The notes beneath the pieces are model-generated. The model was given only the letters and a program-made list of their open reading frames with translations. It made no database searches and had not been told where the DNA came from. Both the position numbers and the translations under genes were made by a program. From assembly GCF_046119375.1 (NCBI RefSeq), contig NW_027362767.1, forward strand, positions 203,670,001 through 203,734,000: DNA of 64,000 bases. Direction: 5' to 3'. This document shows, piece by piece, positions 47,601 to 64,000 of this stretch. Position 1 is the first letter of the stretch, and every line of letters starts with the position of its first letter. The DNA is from Phyllobates terribilis. Its lineage: Eukaryota.

Positions 47601-50600
47601 GCTGTGCATTATACTACATGGATGACTATGGGCTGTGCATTATACTATATGGATGACTATGGGCTGTGCATTATACTACATGGATGACTATGGGCTGTGC
47701 ATTATACTACATGGATGACTATGGGCTGTGCATTATACAACATGGATGACTATGGACTGTGCATTATACTACATGGATGATTATGGTCTGTGCAATATAC
47801 TACATGGATGACTATGAGCTGTGCATTATACTACATGGATGACTATGAGCTGTGCATTATACTACATGGATGATTATGGGCTGTGCATTATACTATATGG
47901 GTGACTATGAGCTGTGCATTATACTACATGGATGACTATGGGCTGTGCATTATACAACATGGATGACTATGGACTGTGCATTATACTACATGGATGACTA
48001 TGGGTTGTGCATTATACTACATGGATGACTATGGGCTGTGCATTATACTACATGGATGACTATGGGCTGTGCATTGTACTACAAGGATGACTATGGGCTG
48101 TGCATTATACTACATGGATGACTATGGGCTGTGCATTATACTACATGGATGACTATGGGCTGTGCATTATACAACATGGATGACTATGGGCTGTGCATTA
48201 TACTACATGCATGACTATGGGCTGTGCATTATACTACATGGATGACTATGAGCTGTGCATTATACTACATGGATGACTATGGGCTGTGCATTATACTACA
48301 TGGATGACTATGGGCTGTGCATTATACTACATGGATGACTATGGGCTGTGCATTATACTACATGGATGACTATGGGCTGTGCATTATACTACATGGATGA
48401 CTATGGGCTATGCATTATACTACATGCATGACTATGGGCTGTGCATTATACTACATGGATGACTATGGGCTGTGCATTATACTACATGGATGACTATGGG
48501 CTATGCATTATACTACATGCATGACTATGGGCTGTGCATTATAATACATGGATGACTATGGGCTGTGCATTATACTACATGGATGACTATGGACTGTGCA
48601 TTATACTACATGGATGACTATCGGCTGTGCATTATACTACATGGATGACTATGGGCTGTGCATTATACTACATGGATGACTATGGGCTGTGCATTATACT
48701 ACATGGATGACTATGGGCTATGCATTATACTACATGCATGACTATGGGCTGTGCATTATAATACATGGATGACTATGGGCTGTGCATTATACTACATGGA
48801 TGACTATGGACTGTGCATTATACTACATGGATGACTATGGGCTGTGCATTATACTACATGGATGACTATGGGCTGTGCATTATACTACATGGATGACTAT
48901 GGGCTGTGCATTATACTACATGGATGACTATGGGCTGTGCATTATACTACATGGATGACTATGGGCTGTGCATTATACTACATGGATGACTATGGGCTAT
49001 GCATTATACTACATGCATGAGTATGGGCTGTGCATTATACTACATGGATGACTATGGGCTGTGCATTATACTACATGGATGACTATGGGCTATGCATTAT
49101 ACTACATGCATGACTATGGGCTGTGCATTATAATACATGGATGACTATGGGCTGTGCATTATACTACATGGATGACTATGGACTGTGCATTATACTACAT
49201 GTATGACTATGGGCTGTGCAATATACTACATGGATGACTATGAGCTGTGCATTATACTACATGGATGACTATGGGCTGTGCATTATACTACATGGATGAC
49301 TATAAGCTGTGCATTATACTACATGGATGATTATGGTCTGTGCAATATACTACATGGATGACTATGAGCTGTGCATTATACTACATGGATGACTATGGGC
49401 TGTGCATTATACTACATGGGTGACTATGAGCTGAGCATTATACTACATGGATGACTATGAGCTGTGCATTATACTATATGAATGACAATGGGCTGTGCAT
49501 TATACTACATGGATGACTATGGGCTGTGCATTATACAACATGGATGACTATGGACTGTGCATTATACTACATGGATGACTATGGGCTGTGCATTATACTA
49601 CATGGATGACTATGGGCTGTGCATTATACTACATGGATGACTATGGGCTGTGCATTATACTACATGGATGACTATGGGCTATGCATTATACTACATGGAT
49701 GACTATGGGCTGTGCATTATACAACATGGATGACTATGGGCTGTGCATTATACTACATGCATGACTATGGGCTGTGCATTATACTACATGGATGACTATG
49801 GGCTGTGCATTATACTACATGGATGATTATGGTCTGTGCAATATACTACATGGATGACTATGAGCTATGCATTATACTACATGGATGACTATGGGCTGTG
49901 CATTATACTACATGGGTGACTATGAGCTGAGCATTATACTACATGGATGACTATGAGCTGTGCATTATACTACATGGATGACTATGGGCTGTGCATTATA
50001 CAACATGGATGACTATGGGCTGTGCATTATACTACTATGTATGACTATGGGCTGTGCATTATACTACATGGATGACTATGGGCCGTGCATTATACTACAT
50101 GAATGACTATGGGCTGTGCATTATACTACATGGATGACTATGGGCTGTGCATTATACTACATAGATGACTATGGGCTGTGCATTATACTACATGGATGAC
50201 TATGAGCTGTGCATTATACTACATGGATGACTATGGGCTGTGCATTATACTACATGGAGGACTGTGGACTGTGCATTATACTACATGGATGATTATGGTC
50301 TGTGCAATATACTACATGGAGGACTGTGGACTGTGCATTATACTACATGGATGACTATGGGCTGTGCATTATACTACATGGATGACTATGGGCTGTGCAT
50401 TATACTACATGGATGACTATGGGCTGTGCATTATACTACATAGATGACTATGGGCTGTGCATTATACTACATGGATGACTATGAGCTGTGCATTATACTA
50501 CATGGATGACTATGGGCTGTGCATTATACTACATGGAGGACTGTGGGCTGTGCATTATACTACATGGATGATTATGGTCTGTGCAATATACTACATGGAG

Positions 50601-53600
50601 GACTGTGGACTGTGCATTATACTACATGGATGACTATGGGCTGTGCATTATACTACATGGATGACTATGGGCTGTGCATTATACTACATGGATGACTATG
50701 GGCTGTGCATTATACTACATAGATGACTATGGGCTGTGCATTATACTACATGGATGACTATGAGCTGTGCATTATACTACATGGATGACTATGGGCTGTG
50801 CATTATACTACATGGATGACTATGAGCAGTGCATTATACTACATGGATGACTATGGGCTGTGCATTATACTACATGGATGACTATGAGCTGTGCATTATA
50901 CTACATGGATGACTATGGGCTGTGCATTATACTACATGGATGACTATGAGCTGTGCATTATACTACATGGATGACTATGGGCTGTGCATTATACTACATG
51001 GATGACTATGAGCTGTGCATTATACTACATGGATGACTATGGGCTGTGCATTATACTACATGGATGACTATGGGCTGTGCATTATACTACATGGATGACT
51101 ATGAGCTGTGCATTATACTACATGGATGACTATGAGCTGTGCATTATACTACATGGATGACTATGGGCTGTGCATTATACTACATGGATGACTATGGGCT
51201 GTGCATTATACTACATGGATGACTATGAGCTGTGCATTATACTACATGGATGACTATGGGCTGTGCATTATACTACATGGATGACTATGAGCTGTGCATT
51301 ATACTACATGGATGACTATGGGCTGTGCATTATACTACATGGATGACTATGGGCTGTGCATTATACTACATGGATGACTATGGGCTGTGCATTATACTAC
51401 ATGGATGACTGGGCTGTGCATTATACTACATAGATGACTATGGGCTGTGCATTATACAACATGGATGACTATGGGCTGTGCATTATACTACATGGATGAC
51501 TATGGGCTGTGCATGATACAACATGGGTGACTATGGGCTGTGCATTATACTACATGGATGACTATGGTCTGTGCATTATACTACATGGTTGATTATGGGT
51601 TGTGCATTATACTACATGGATGACTATGGTCTGAGCATTATACAACATGGATGACTATGGGCTGTGCATTATACAACATGGGTGACTATGGGCTGTGCAT
51701 TATACTACATGGTTGATTATGGGTTGTGCATTATACTACATGGATGACTATGGTCTGAGCATTATACAACATGGATGACTATGGGCTGTGCATTATACTA
51801 CATGGATGACTATGGTCTGTGCATTATACTACATGGTTGATTATGGGTTGTGCATTATACTACATGGATGACTATGGGCTGTGCATTATACTATATGGAT
51901 GACTAAGCGCTATGCATTATACTACATGGATGACTATGGGCTGTGCATAATACTACATGGATGACTATGGGCTGTGCATTATACTACATAGATGACTATG
52001 GGCTGTGCATTATACTACATGAATGACTATGGTCTGTGCAATATACTACATTGGATGACTATGGGCTGTGCATTATACTACATGGATGACTATGGGCTGT
52101 GCATTGTACTACATGGATGACTATGGACTGTGCATTATACTACATGGATAACTATGGGCTGTGCATTATACTACATGGATGACTATGGGTTGTGCATTAT
52201 ATTACATGTATGACTATGGGCGGTGCATTATACTACATGGATGACTATGGGCTGTGCATTATACTATATGGATGACTATGGGCTGTGCATTATACTACAT
52301 GGATGACTATGTGCTGTGCATTATACTACATGGATGACTATGGGCTGTGCATTATACTACATGGATGATTATGGTCTGTGCAATATACTACATGGTTGAT
52401 TATGGGTTGTGGATTATACTACATGAATGACTATGGTCTGTGCAATATACTACATTGGATGACTATGGGCTGTGCATTATACTACATGGATGACTATGGG
52501 CTGTGCATTGTACTACATGGATGACTATGGGCTGTGCATTTTACTACATGGATGACTATGGGCTGTGCATTATACTACATGGATGACTATAAGCTGTGCA
52601 TTATACTACATGGATGACTATGGGCTGTGCATTATACTACATGGGTGACTATGAGCTGAGCATTATACTACATGGATGACTATGGGCTGTGCATTATACT
52701 ACATGGATGACTATGGACTGTGCATTATACTACATGGATGACTATGGGCTGTGCATTATACTACATGGATGACTATGGGCTGTGCATTATACTACATGGA
52801 TGACTATGGACTGTGCATTATACTACATGGATGACTATGGGCTGTGCATTATACTACATGGATGACTATGGGCTGTGCATTATACTACATGGATGACTAT
52901 GGGCTGTGCATTATACTACATGGATGACAATGGGCTGTGCATTATACTACATGGATGACAATGGGCTGTGCATTATACTACATGGATGATTATGGTCTGT
53001 GCAATATACTACATGGTTGATTATGGGTTGTGGATTATACTACATGAATGACTATGGTCTGTGCAATATACTACATTGGATGACTATGGGCTGTGCATTA
53101 TACTACATGGATGACTATGGGCTGTGCATTATGCTACATGGATGACTATGGGCTGTGCATTATACTACATGGATGACTATGGGCTGTGCATTATACTACA
53201 TGGATGACTATGGGCTGTGCATTATACTACATGGATGACTATGGGCTGTGCATTATACTACATGGAATGACTATGGGCTGTGCATTGTACTACATGGATG
53301 ACTATGGGCTGTGCATTATACTACATGGATGACTATGGGCTGTGCATTATACTACATGGATGACTATGGGCTGTGCATTATACTACATGGATGACTATGG
53401 GCTGTGCATTATACTACATGGATGATTATGGTCTGTGCAATATACTACATGGTTGATTATGGGTTGTGGATTATACTACATGAATGACTATGGTCTGTGC
53501 AATATACTACATTGGATGACTATGGGCTGTGCATTATACTACATGGATGACTATGGGCTGTGCATTATGCTACATGGATGACTATGGGCTGTGCATTATA

Positions 53601-56600
53601 CTACATGGATGACTATGGGCTGTGCATTATACTACATGGATGACTATGGGCTGTGCATTATACTACATGGAATGACTATGGGCTGTGCATTGTACTACAT
53701 GGATGACTATGGGCTGTGCATTGTACTACATGGATGACTATGGGCTGTGCATTATACTACATGGATGACTATGGGCTGTGCATTATACTACATGGATGAC
53801 TATGGGCTGTGCATTATACTACATGGATGACTATGGTCTGTGCAATATACTACATTGGATGACTATGGGCTGTGCATTATACTACATGGATGACTATGGG
53901 CTGTGCATTGTACTACATGGATGACTATGGATTGTGCATTATACTACATGGATAACTATGGGCTGTGCATTATACTACATGGATGACTATGGGTTGTGCA
54001 TTATATTACATGTATGACTATGGGCGGTGCATTATACTACATGGATGACTATGGGCTGTGCATTATACTACATGGATGACTATGGGCTGTGCATTATACT
54101 ACATGGATGACTATGTGCTGTGCATTATACTACATGGAAGACTATGGGCTGTGCATTATACTACATGGATGATTATGGTCTGTGCATTATACTACATGGT
54201 TGATTATGGGTTGTGGATTATACTACATGAATGACTATGGTCTGTGCAATATACTACATTGGATGACTATGGGCTGTGCATTATACTACATGGATGACTA
54301 TGGGCTGTGCATTGTACTACATGGATGACTATGGGCTGTGCATTATACTACATGGATGACAATGGGCTGTGCATTATACTACATGGATAACTATGTGCTG
54401 TGCATTATACTACATGGATGACTATGGCTGTGCATTATACTACATGGGTGACTATGAGCTGAGCATTATTCTACATGGATGACTATGGGCTGTGCATTAT
54501 ACTACATGGATGACTATGGACTGTGCATTATACTACATGGATGACTATGGGCTGTGCATTATACTACATGGATGACTATGGGCTGTGCATTATACAACAT
54601 GGATGACTATGGACTGTGCATTATACTACATGGATGATTATGGTCTGTGCAATATACTACATGGATGACTATGGGCTGTGCATTATACAACATGGATGAC
54701 TATGGACTGTGCATTATACTACATGGATGATTATGGTCTGTGCAATATACTACATGGATGACTATGGGCTGTGCATTATACAACATGGATGACTATGGGC
54801 TGTGCATTATACTACATGGATGACTATGGACTGTGCATTACACTACATGGATGACTATGGACTGTGCATCATATTACATGGATGATTATGGTCTGTGCAT
54901 TATACTACATGGATGACTATGGGCTGTGCATTATACAACATGGATGACTATGGACTGTGCATTATACTACATGGATGGCTATGGGCTGTGCATTATACTA
55001 CATGGATGACTATGGGCTGTGCATTATACTACATGGATGACTATGGGCTGTGCATTATACTATATGGATGACTATGGGCTGTGCATTATACTACATGGAT
55101 GACTATGGGCTGTGCATTATACTACATGGATGACTATGGGCTGTGCATTATACAACATGGATGACTATGGACTGTGCATTATACTACATGGATGATTATG
55201 GTCTGTGCAATATACTACATGGATGACTATGAGCTGTGCATTATACTACATGGATTATTATGGGCTGTGCATTATACTACATGGATGACTATGGGTTGTG
55301 CATTATACTACATGGATGACTATGGGCTGTGCATTATACTATATGGGTGACTATGAGCTGTGCATTATACTACATGGATGACTATGGGCTGTGCATTATA
55401 CAACATGGATGACTATGGACTGTGCATTATACTACATGGATGACTATGGGCTGTGCATTATACTACATGGATGACTATGGGCTGTGCATTATACTACATG
55501 GATGACTATGGGCTGTGCATTATACTACATGGATGACTATGGGCTGTGCATTATACTACATGGATGACTATGGGCTGTGCATTATACTACATGGATGACT
55601 ATGGGCTGTGCATTATACTACATGGATGACTATGGGCTGTGCATTATACTACATGGATGACTATGGGCTATGCATTATACTACATGCATGACTATGGGCT
55701 GTGCATTATAATACATGGATGACTATGGGCTGTGCATTATACTACATGGATGACTATGGACTGTGCATTATACTACATGGATGACTATGGGCTGTGCATT
55801 ATACTACATGGATGACTATCGGCTGTGCATTATACTACATGGATGACTATGGGCTGTGCATTATACTACATGGATGACTATGGGCTATGCATTATACTAC
55901 ATGCATGACTATGGGCTGTGCATTATAATACATGGATGACTATGGGCTGTGCATTATACTACATGGATGACTATGGGCTATGCATTATACTACATGCATG
56001 ACTATGGGCTGTGCATTATAATACATGGATGACTATGGGCTGTGCATTATAATACATGGATGACTATGGGCTGTGCATTATACTACATGGATGACTATGT
56101 GCTGTGCATTATACTACATGGATGACTATGGGCTGTGCATTATACTACATGGATGACTATGGGCTGTGCATTATACTACATGGATGACTATGGGCTGTGC
56201 ATTATACTACATGGATGACTATGGGCTGTGCATTATACTACATGGATGACTATGGGCTGTGCATTATACTACATGGATGACTATGGGCTATGCATTATAC
56301 TACATGCATGACTATGGGCTGTGCATTATACTACATGGATGACTATGGGCTGTGCATTATACTACATGGATGACTATGGGCTATGCATTATACTACATGC
56401 ATGACTATGGGCTGTGCATTATAATACATGGATGACTATGGGCTGTGCATTATACTACATGGATGACTATGGACTGTGCATTATACTACATGTATGACTA
56501 TGGGCTGTGCAATATACTACATGGATGACTATGAGCTGTGCATTATACTACATGGATGACTATGGGCTGTGCATTATACTACATGGATGACTATGAGCTG

Positions 56601-59600
56601 TGCATTATACTACATGGATGATTATGGTCTGTGCAATATACTACATGGATGACTATGAGCTGTGCATTATACTACATGGATGACTATGGGCTGTGCATTA
56701 TACTACATGGGTGACTATGAGCTGAGCATTATACTACATGGATGACTATGAGCTGTGCATTATACTATATGAATGACTATGGGCTGTGCATTATACTACA
56801 TGGATGACTATGGGCTGTGCATTATACTACATGGATGACTATGGGCTGTGCATTATACAACATGGATGACTATGGACTGTGCATTATACTACATGGATGA
56901 CTATGGGCTGTGCATTATACTACATGGATGACTATGGGCTGTGCATTATACTACATGGATGACTATGGGCTGTGCATTATACTACATGGATGACTATGGG
57001 CTATGCATTATACTACATGGATGACTATGGGCTGTGCATTATACAACATGGATGACTATGGGCTGTGCATTATACTACATGCATGACTATGGGCTGTGCA
57101 TTATACTACATGGATGATTATGGTCTGTGCAATATACTACATGGATGACTATGAGCTATGCATTATACTACATGGATGACTATGGGCTGTGCATTATACT
57201 ACATGGGTGACTATGAGCTGAGCATTATACTACATGGATGACTATGAGCTGTGCATTATACTACATGGATGACTATGGGCTGTGCATTATACAACATGGA
57301 TGACTATGGGCTGTGCATTATACTACTATGTATGACTATGGGCTGTGCATTATACTACATGGATGACTATGGGCCGTGCATTATACTACATGAATGACTA
57401 TGGTCTGTGCAATATACTACATGGAGGACTGTGGGCTGTGCATTATACTACATGGATGATTATGGTCTGTGCAATATACTACATGGAGGACTGTGGACTG
57501 TGCATTATACTACATGGATGACTATGGGCTGTGCATTATACTACATGGATGACTATGGGCTGTGCATTATACTACATGGATGACTATGGGCTGTGCATTA
57601 TACTACATAGATGACTATGGGCTGTGCATTATACTACATGGATGACTATGAGCTGTGCATTATTCTACATGGATGACTATGGGCTGTGCATTATACTACA
57701 TGGATGACTATGAGCAGTGCATTATACTACATGGATGACTATGGGCTGTGCATTATACTACATGGATGACTATGAGCTGTGCATTATACTACATGGATGA
57801 CTATGGGCTGTGCATTATACTACATGGATGACTATGAGCTGTGCATTATTCTACATGGATGACTATGGGCTGTGCATTATACTACATGGATGACTATGAG
57901 CTGTGCATTATACTACATGGATGACTATGGGCTGTGCATTATACTACATGGATGACTATGAGCTGTGCATTATACTACATGGGTGACTATGGGCTGTGCA
58001 TTATACTACATGGATGACTATGAGCTGTGCATTATACTACATGGATGACTATGGGCTGTGCATTATACTACATGGATGACTATGGGCTGTGCATTATACT
58101 ACATGGATGACTATGGGCTGTGCATTATACTACATGGATGACTGGGCTGTGCATTATACTACATGGATGACTATGGGCTGTGCATTATACAACATGGATG
58201 ACTATGGGCTGTGCATTATACTACATGGATGACTATGGGCTGTGCATTATACAACATGGGTGACTATGGGCTGTGCATTATACTACATGGATGACTATGG
58301 TCTGTGCATTATACTACATGGATGACTATGGGCTGTGCATTATACTACATGGTTGATTATGGGTTGTGCATTATACTACATGGATGACTATGGTCTGAGC
58401 ATTATACAACATGGATGACTATGGGCTGTGCATTATACTACATGGATGACTATGGGCTATGCATTATACTACATGCATGACTATGGGCTGTGCATTATAA
58501 TACATGGATGACTATGGGCTGTGCATTATACTACATGGATGACTATGGACTGTGCATTATACTACATGTATGACTATGGGCTGTGCAATATACTACATGG
58601 ATGACTATGAGCTGTGCATTATACTACATGGATGACTATGGGCTGTGCATTATACTACATGGATGACTATGAGCTGTGCATTATACTACATGGATGATTA
58701 TGGTCTGTGCAATATACTACATGGATGACTATGAGCTGTGCATTATACTACATGGATGACTATGGGCTGTGCATTATACTACATGGGTGACTATGAGCTG
58801 AGCATTATACTACATGGATGACTATGAGCTGTGCATTATACTATATGAATGACTATGGGCTGTGCATTATACTACATGGATGACTATGGGCTGTGCATTA
58901 TACTACATGGATGACTATGGGCTGTGCATTATACAACATGGATGACTATGGACTGTGCATTATACTACATGGATGACTATGGGCTGTGCATTATACTACA
59001 TGGATGACTATGAGCTGTGCATTATATTACATGGATGACTATGAGCTGTGCATTATACTACATGGATGACTATGGGCTGTGCATTATACTACATGGATGA
59101 CTATGGGCTGTGCATTATACTACATGGATGACTATGGGCTATGCATTATACTACATGGATGACTATGGGCTGTGCATTATACAACATGGATGACTATGGG
59201 CTGTGCATTATACTACATGCATGACTATGGGCTGTGCATTATACTACATGGATGATTATGGTCTGTGCAATATACTACATGGATGACTATGAGCTATGCA
59301 TTATACTACATGGATGACTATGGGCTGTGCATTATACTACATGGGTGACTATGAGCTGAGCATTATACTACATGGATGACTATGGGCTGTGCATTATACA
59401 ACATGGATGACTATGGGCTGTGCATTATACTACTATGTATGGCTATGGGCTGTGCATTATACTACATGGATGACTATGGGCCGTGCATTATACTACATGA
59501 ATGACTATGGTCTGTGCAATATACTACATGGAGGACTGTGGGCTGTGCATTATACTACATGGATGATTATGGTCTGTGCAATATACTACATGGAGGACTG

Positions 59601-62600
59601 TGGACTGTGCATTATACTACATGGATGACTATGGGCTGTGCATTATACTACATGGATGACTATGGGCTGTGCATTATACTACATGGATGACTATGGGCTG
59701 TGCATTATACTACATAGATGACTATGGGCTGTGCATTATACTACATGGATGACTATGAGCTGTGCATTATTCTACATGGATGACTATGGGCTGTGCATTA
59801 TACTACATGGATGACTATGAGCAGTGCATTATACTACATGGATGACGATGGGCTGTGCATTATACTACATGGATGACTATGAGCTGTGCATTATACTACA
59901 TGGATGACTATGGGCTGTGCATTATACTACATGGATGACTATGAGCTGTGCATTATTCTACATGGATGACTATGGGCTGTGCATTATACTACATGGATGA
60001 CTATGAGCTGTGCATTATACTACATGGATGACTATGGGCTGTGCATTATACTACATGGATGACTATGAGCTGTGCATTATACTACATGGGTGACTATGGG
60101 CTGTGCATTATACTACATGGATGACTATGAGCTGTGCATTATACTACATGGATGACTATGGGCTGTGCATTATACTACATGGATGACTATGGGCTGTGCA
60201 TTATACTACATGGATGACTATGGGCTGTGCATTATACTACATGGATGACTGGGCTGTGCATTATACTACATGGATGACTATGGGCTGTGCATTATACAAC
60301 ATGGATGACTATGGGCTGTGCATTATACTACATGGATGACTATGGGCTGTGCATTATACAACATGGGTGACTATGGGCTGTGCATTATACTACATGGATG
60401 ACTATGGTCTGTGCATTATACTACATGGATGACTATGGGCTGTGCATTATACTACATGGTTGATTATGGGTTGTGCATTATACTACATGGATGACTATGG
60501 TCTGAGCATTATACAACATGGATGACTATGGGCTGTGCATTATACTACATGGATGACTATGGTCTGTGCATTATACTACATGGTTGATTATGGGTTGTGC
60601 ATTATACTACATGGATGACTATGGTCTGTGCATTATACTACATGGTTGATTATGGGTTGTGCATTATAAAACATGGATGACTATGGGCTGTGCATTATAC
60701 TATATGGATGACTAAGCGCTATGCATTATACTACATGGATGACTATGGGCTGTGCATAATACTACATGGATGACTATGGGCTGTGCATTATACTACATAG
60801 ATGACTATGGGCTGTGCATTATACTACATGAATGACTATGGTCTGTGCAATATACTACATTGGATGACTATGGGCTGTGCATTATACTACATGGATGACT
60901 ATGGGCTGTGCATTGTACCACATGGATGACTATGGACTGTGCATTATACTACATGGATAACTATGGGTTGTGCATTATACTACATGGATGACTATGGGCT
61001 GTGCATTATACAACATGGATGACTATGGACTGTGCATTATACTACATGGATGATTATGGTCTGTGCAATATACTACATGGATGACTATGAGCTGTGCATT
61101 ATACAACATGGATGACTATGGACTGTGCATTATACTACATGGATGATTATGGTCTGTGCAATATACTACATGGATGACTATGGGCTGTGCATTATACAAC
61201 ATGGATGACTATGGACTGTGCATTATACTACATGGATGATTATGGTCTGTGCAATATACTACATGGATGACTATGGGCTGTGCATTATACAACATGGATG
61301 ACTATGGACTGTGCATTATACTACATGGATGATTATGGTCTGTGCAATATACTACATGGATGACTATGGGCTGTGCATTATACAACATGGATGACTATGG
61401 GCTGTGCATTATACTACATGCATGACTATGGGCTGTGCATTATACAACATGGATGACTATGGACTGTGCATTACACTACATGGATGACTATGGACTGTGC
61501 ATCATATTACATGGATGATTATGGTCTGTGCATTATACTACATGGATGACTATTGGCTGTGCATTATACAACATGGATGACTATGGACTGTGCATTATAC
61601 TACATGGATGACTATGTGCTGTGCATTATACTACATGGATGACTATGGGCTGTGCATTATACTACATGGATGACTATGGGCTGTGCATTATACTATATGG
61701 ATGACTATGGGCTGTGCATTATACTACATGGATGACTATGGGCTGTGCATTATACTACATGGATGACTATGGGCTGTGCATTATACAACATGGATGACTA
61801 TGGACTGTGCATTATACTACATGGATGATTATGGTCTGTGCAATATACTACATGGATGACTATGAGCTGTGCATTATACTACATGGATGACTATGAGCTG
61901 TGCATTATACTACATGGATGATTATGGGCTGTGCATTATACTATATGGGTGACTATGAGCTGTGCATTATACTACATGGATGACTATGGGCTGTGCATTA
62001 TACAACATGGATGACTATGGACTGTGCATTATACTACATGGATGACTATGGGTTGTGCATTATACTACATGGATGACTATGGGCTGTGCATTATACTACA
62101 TGGATGACTATGGGCTGTGCATTGTACTACAAGGATGACTATGGGCTGTGCATTATACTACATGGATGACTATGGGCTGTGCATTATACTACATGGATGA
62201 CTATGGGCTGTGCATTATACAACATGGATGACTATGGGCTGTGCATTATACTACATGCATGACTATGGGCTGTGCATTATACTACATGGATGACTATGAG
62301 CTGTGCATTATACTACATGGATGACTATGGGCTGTGCATTATACTACATGGATGACTATGGGCTGTGCATTATACTACATGGATGACTATGGGCTGTGCA
62401 TTATACTACATGGATGACTATGGGCTGTGCATTATACTACATGGATGACTATGGGCTATGCATTATACTACATGCATGACTATGGGCTGTGCATTATACT
62501 ACATGGATGACTATGGGCTGTGCATTATACTACATGGATGACTATGGGCTATGCATTATACTACATGCATGACTATGGGCTGTGCATTATAATACATGGA

Positions 62601-64000
62601 TGACTATGGGCTGTGCATTATACTACATGGATGACTATGGACTGTGCATTATACTACATGGATGACTATCGGCTGTGCATTATACTACATGGATGACTAT
62701 GGGCTGTGCATTATACTACATGGATGACTATGGGCTGTGCATTATACTACATGGATGACTATGGGCTATGCATTATACTACATGCATGACTATGGGCTGT
62801 GCATTATAATACATGGATGACTATGGGCTGTGCATTATACTACATGGATGACTATGGACTGTGCATTATACTACATGGATGACTATGGGCTGTGCATTAT
62901 ACTACATGGATGACTATGGGCTGTGCATTATACTACATGGATGACTATGGGCTGTGCATTATACTACATGGATGACTATGGGCTGTGCATTATACTACAT
63001 GGATGACTATGGGCTGTGCATTATACTACATGGATGACTATGGGCTATGCATTATACTACATGCATGAGTATGGGCTGTGCATTATACTACATGGATGAC
63101 TATGGGCTGTGCATTATACTACATGGATGACTATGGGCTATGCATTATACTACATGCATGACTATGGGCTGTGCATTATAATACATGGATGACTATGGGC
63201 TGTGCATTATACTACATGGATGACTATGGACTGTGCATTATACTACATGTATGACTATGGGCTGTGCAATATACTACATGGATGACTATGAGCTGTGCAT
63301 TATACTACATGGATGACTATGGGCTGTGCATTATACTACATGGATGACTATAAGCTGTGCATTATACTACATGGATGATTATGGTCTGTGCAATATACTA
63401 CATGGATGACTATGAGCTGTGCATTATACTACATGGATGACTATGGGCTGTGCATTATACTACATGGGTGACTATGAGCTGAGCATTATACTACATGGAT
63501 GACTATGAGCTGTGCATTATACTATATGAATGACAATGGGCTGTGCATTATACTACATGGATGACTATGGGCTGTGCATTATACAACATGGATGACTATG
63601 GACTGTGCATTATACTACATGGATGACTATGGGCTGTGCATTATACTACATGGATGACTATGGGCTGTGCATTATACTACATGGATGACTATGGGCTGTG
63701 CATTATACTACATGGATGACTATGGGCTATGCATTATACTACATGGATGACTATGGGCTGTGCATTATACAACATGGATGACTATGGGCTGTGCATTATA
63801 CTACATGCATGACTATGGGCTGTGCATTATACTACATGGATGACTATGGGCTGTGCATTATACTACATGGATGATTATGGTCTGTGCAATATACTACATG
63901 GATGACTATGAGCTATGCATTATACTACATGGATGACTATGGGCTGTGCATTATACTACATGGGTGACTATGAGCTGAGCATTATACTACATGGATGACT
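38685..64000. repeat. 31-bp satellite array (GTGCATTATACTACATGGATGACTATGGGCT), >25.3 kb, ~815 monomers, continuing off the right edge, with higher-order repeats
   Basis: The monomer is directly visible throughout. Rare variants recur at fixed offsets (e.g. 14,048 bp). Confidence 0.99.

Noticed and set aside
38685-64000. CRISPR-like regular repeats
   Set aside because: The monomers are head-to-tail with no unique spacers, there are no cas genes, and the context is eukaryotic.

Overview
This is eukaryotic, transposon-saturated DNA. The repeat types (TTAA Kolobok/T2 MITEs, Tc1, hAT, CR1/L2, sushi-like chromovirus) suggest a frog genome; that is an inference. No host gene is convincingly identifiable. 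Bases 1-18.7 kb are minisatellites and nested DNA-transposon relics: a full-length dead Tc1 carrying a Harbinger MITE, and an old Chapaev3-like transposase relic split by a 3.06-kb Tc2-like non-autonomous element. Bases 18.7-32.3 kb hold two young, full-length Ty3/gypsy LTR retrotransposons in convergent orientation. The first is 7.9 kb with 992-bp LTRs, a CATT TSD, a tRNA-Ser PBS, intact gag and pol, and a UUUAAAC slippery site with a predicted pseudoknot. The second is a 5.0-kb chromovirus with 420/421-bp LTRs, a TTCGC TSD, a Tf1/sushi-type self-priming signal and one nonsense codon. Bases 33.1-37.5 kb are a non-autonomous hAT (8-bp TSD) filled by a 3.8-kb nested foldback module; the same module sits inside the unrelated Tc2-like shell at 12-15 kb. 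From 38.7 kb to the end is a >25-kb array of a 31-bp satellite with hierarchical higher-order structure (93 bp, ~2.1 kb, ~6.7 kb and 14,048 bp). Its monomer resembles a minisatellite inside a hAT-like element at 6.7 kb, suggesting a transposon-born satellite.
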